From: Histomonas meleagridis 2922-C6/04-290x | Taxonomy: Eukaryota > Protista > Parabasalia | Assembly (NCBI GenBank): GCA_020184695.1 | Contig: JAANOX010000043.1 | Location: 1 to 11,150 of the forward strand | DNA length: 11,150 bases | Reading direction: 5' to 3' | In this document: positions 7,493-11,150 of the stretch, in pieces | How positions within the stretch are numbered: position 1 is the stretch's first letter | Layout of the letters: the number at the start of each line of letters is the position of its first letter | Notes under the pieces: model-generated | Told to the model about the DNA's origin: nothing | The model's database searches: none | The model's input: the letters and a program-made list of their open reading frames with translations, nothing else | Position numbers and translations under genes: made by a program

Positions 7493-8864
7493 ATGTCAGA
7501 AGTTACAATCGACATAAACGACAAATTCAATCTAATGGACATTAGAAAAAATAAAAACTATGATTTAAACGGAGATGAAGCAATAAATGATTTAAAGAAA
7601 TGTTTTTTAGTATGTGATTCAACACCTGAAGTATTTATGTTTAAAGATTATGACGCAGTGAATGATTATGTTAAAGTAAGTTACACATCAGAAAACGTTG
7701 CAAAACAAAAGCTAAAAAAAATAATTATTGGCAAAAGAACTGAAGGAAACAAAACAAAAAAAATGTTTCCGCCTGGGATTTATATTTAAAAAATACAAAA
7801 ATATTCACGGTGAAGGCATTAAAATTTTATTCCGAAGACCCTCAAATTTTTTCTTACTTTAGAGGTTATGATTATAAAAAGCTTGATAAAGTAAAAACAG
7901 AAATTATACAACCATTTTTAGATCACGTCAGAGAAGTAATAGCAAATGGTAATGAAGAAATTTATAGATATATTTTTAATTTGGATTGCATCAATTCTTC
8001 AAAAACCAAATTTCAAAACTGGAGTTGCTTTAGTTATATTAGGAAATCAAGGAACAGGAAAAAATACATTCTTTACAGATGTAATATGCAAATTAATGGC
8101 GAGATACGCAAATGAAAATGTTACGAATATAGAATCAGTAGTCGGTAAATTTAATGCAACATTAGAAAACAAAAAATTACTGGTTTTAAATGAATTACAA
8201 AGTATTGATACTAATAAATTTTTAAATTCTGATGCGTTAAAATCTATTATAACAGATAAAACAATAAATATAAATCAAAAGAATGAACCGATGAGAGAAA
8301 CAGAAAATGTTGCGAATTTTATAATGGTATCGAATAATGATGTTCCAATAAAGATTGAAAGTTATGATAGAAGATATGTTGTAACAAAAAAACAAGTGAT
8401 AAGCATTTACAAGATTTTTGATTATTTCTCAAAACTTGCTGATTCATTCACGCCTGAATTTTTATGAAAATTTATTTACATTCTTTATGTTAATGGATGT
8501 GTCGAAAGTAAATTTAAGAAGAATTCCGAACAGTGAAGCAAAAGAAAATATAAAAGAAGCTTCAATGTCAAGTTATGAAATATTCGCTAGAGACAATTAC
8601 GAAAAAATCAAAAACATAACAGGTCCTGATTTATTTAATTTATATTGTGAAAAAAAAAAAAAAAATAAATTCAATAGTTGCAGTTCAAGGACTTTTATTG
8701 CAAATATGAAAAAATTCACTGGAAATGCTTCTGCAAAAAGGATTGATGGAAAAGTATTTAAAGTATATAATTTATTGCCAGAAGTTTATGATAGGTTTGA
8801 AAAATATCACAAAAAATTAGAAGAACAAATAGTTGATGATGAAGTTGATGATGATGCTTTATGA
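7493..8864 (+). CDS. SF3 (D5/DUF5906-like) helicase, copy 3 (apparent homopolymer frameshifts)
   Basis: Track ORF 7946-8467 holds Walker A, Walker B, motif C and DRRY in a single frame. Confidence 0.88.
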
Positions 8865-9097
8865 ATATGTTTATTTTTATCAAAAAAGTACCATTAAAAT
8901 TTCAAGGGTTAAAAAATAACCAAAAAGTGAACCCTTTACGAAACGGAGTAAATGAGCATTTTTTGAATGATTTAACGCAAAAGTTGAATGACAAAAATCA
9001 GAATATCTCGTTATATGATAGTTATTTTTATATTATTTACATATCAAACGAATCGCAAAATTATGTACTATTCAATGCTTATAATTTCATGTTTTAA
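8861..9097 (+). CDS. Hypothetical 78-aa protein, copy 3 (SYFYII instead of SHFHMI)
   Basis: Open, same length, ATGA overlap. Confidence 0.35.
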   Translation: MNMFIFIKKVPLKFQGLKNNQKVNPLRNGVNEHFLNDLTQKLNDKNQNISLYDSYFYIIYISNESQNYVLFNAYNFMF

Positions 9098-9207
9098 AAT
9101 TGATGACATCATAAATTTATTTTTTTAGATTTTTTTGTAATTAACACTTAAAAAAAGTGATGGTTCATTCGTGTGTTGTAGGGATTTGTCGATTTTAGCA
9201 ATCAACG

Positions 9208-10090
9208 CTGATAAATTCATGTTTTTAAAATAATGATATATCATTAATTCCTTTGTCGAATGTTGTAACAAACGCTGATAAATTGAACGAACGTAAACTT
9301 GTTTTAATAAATGTTTTATCATTAATCCTTTGTCGAATATAAGCAAGCAAACGCATAAATCTACATCTGATGTTAATGTTTTTCATTGAATCCTTCGTCG
9401 AATGTTGCAATAGAGCTGAAAAATTGAACGAACGTAAACTTGTTTTTAAAATAATGATATATCATAAATTCCTTTGTCGATATAAGCATAAACGCCTTAA
9501 ATCAACATAGTCATTAATGTTTTATCATTAATCCTTCGTCGAATGTTGTAACAAATGCTGATAAATTGAACGAACGTAAACTTGTTTTAAAATAATGATA
9601 TATCATAAATTCCTTTGTCGATATAAGCATAAACGCCTTAAATCAACATAGTCATTAATGTTTTTCATTGAATCCTTCGTCGAATGTTGCAATAGAGCTG
9701 AAAAATTGAACGAACGTAAACTTGTTTTTAAAATAATGATATATCATAAATTCCTTTGTGAATGTTGTAACAAACGATGATAAATTGAACAAACGTAAAC
9801 TTGTTTTAAAATAATGATATATCATTAATCCTCTGTCGAATGTTGTAATAAACGCTGAAAAATTGAACGAACGTAAACTTGTTTCGTTCATCTGAATCGT
9901 AAGTGATTTGTGGATTTTGAGCGTTTGATGCTTAAAAATTGTTGTTTGAAAATAATGTTTTATCATTAATCCTTTGTCGAACTTTGCAAAAACACTGATA
10001 AATTCAACGAACGTAAACTTGTTTTAAAATAATGTTTTATCATTAATCCTTTGTCGAACTTTGCAAAAACACTGATAAATTCATGTTTTA
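9208..10090. repeat. Array A, copy 3
   Basis: Same subunit order; the TATAAGCAT anchors at 9481 and 9622 give a 141-nt period. Confidence 0.93.
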
Positions 10091-10400
10091 GTTCACGTGA
10101 GTCGTTAATGGTTGTGTCGATTTTTAGATTTTTAAATAATGAGGTAGCAAAGTAACCGGTAATTTTTTTATATTAACAGTATAGTGTCGGAGCCTTCCGA
10201 CATCCGACATGAATTTTTGATTTGTGACTTGTTACTGTTACCAGCACATTTTTACAGAATTCTGTTTATAAGAATAAATTAACAGAAGAAACAACAGACA
10301 AAAACAACTAGATGAAAGAATAACAGAAGAAACAAGAATATAATACTTATAAATGTACTGTTAAATGAAGGTATCAAATGCTGTTAATTTTGTTACCGCT

Positions 10401-10650
10401 ATTGTTACCATCACCTTTAACAGTAATTATAAGAAAACAATGACTCATTCAAATCAAAAACAGCAAAGAAAACTCCGATTCACACATAATCGACTTTGAA
10501 AATTGTTACCATCACCTTTAACAGTAATTATAGAAAACAATGACTCATTCAAATCAAAAACAGCAAAGAAAACTCCGATTCACACATAATTGACTTTGAA
10601 AATTGTTACCATCACCTTTAACAGTAATTATAAGAAAACAATGACTCATT
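10401..10650. repeat. Array B, copy 3
   Basis: ATTGTTACC at 10401, 10502 and 10602. Confidence 0.93.
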
Positions 10651-10765
10651 ATTTAGAATCATTAACTTTTATCATTAAATTCAAAAAATAATTACAATAT
10701 AATTTATCTCTTAACATCAAACTCTCCATTAAATTCTTCATTAAATTCTTCGTCGATTTTTCTTT

Positions 10766-11097
10766 CTATAAAATACACGTGTATTTCTTCCAAATATTTT
10801 TATACTGCATTTTTATAAATTTCTTTTTTTCCATCAGCACTCTTTCAAATGATTTCTTACTTAGTTTTAAAACGATCGTATTTTGAGTACTGAACGTATA
10901 ACCGGTTCATTTCTGATACTGTTATATATTCTATTTCTTCGTCATGATATATTGCATTCTTCCAACATTCTTGAATATCATCAAGGAAATCTTCAAGTGG
11001 CGATTCTTTAATGCCTCTAAGTTGATTTTGAACAATCGACGAGTCGTAACGGTCAAATAAATTTCTTTTCACAAAAATCATTTAGATCTAAAGACAT
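10766..11097 (-). CDS. D5 C-terminus-like small protein, copy 3 (apparent homopolymer frameshifts; 3' end approximate)
   Basis: ATG at 11097; track ORF 10857-11081 covers the core. Confidence 0.42.
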
Positions 11098-11150
11098 TAA
11101 ATAATTATATAAAGATAATGGAAAATACACACACACACACAGCGCTATTG

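Larger units (their letters stand above)
1..11150. mobile_element. Putative small helicase-encoding replicon (plasmid/satellite-like), present as a trimer
   Basis: The only substantial gene is a virus/plasmid-type SF3 helicase, flanked by origin-like inverted repeats and repeat arrays, in exact tandem copies. Element class is inferred. Confidence 0.6.
7212..11150. repeat. Copy 3 of the repeat unit (ends 5 nt short of the next unit start)
   Basis: Collinear with copy 1. It ends ...CACAGCGCTATTG, which in the other copies is followed by AAGCT and then the unit start. Confidence 0.97.

Overview
The window is a strongly AT-rich, head-to-tail trimer of one ~3.94-kb unit: copy 1 is 1-3938, copy 2 is 3939-7211, and copy 3 is 7212-11150. 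Copy 2 carries a ~625-nt deletion and a ~37-nt deletion. Each unit contains a GC-rich hairpin, a perfect 20-bp inverted repeat built of GTAAC/GTTAC pentamers, and one + strand gene for a ~455-aa superfamily-3 (D5/DUF5906-type) helicase with no primase domain. These are followed by a possible 78-aa ORF, an 11-site array of TAATG-N6-CATTA dyads spaced ~78/63 nt, a ~101-nt repeat (2.5 copies), and a - strand ORF resembling the C-terminal winged-helix part of a second D5-type helicase. The helicase frameshifts fall in homopolymers at different places in each copy, so the consensus gene is intact and the sequence looks like noisy long-read data. Best reading (inference): a small helicase-only replicon, either a circular plasmid/satellite-like element read as a concatemer or a tandemly amplified mobile element, possibly in a eukaryotic host. 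I see no capsid, polymerase, integrase, transposase, HUH endonuclease, rRNA, tRNA or CRISPR array.
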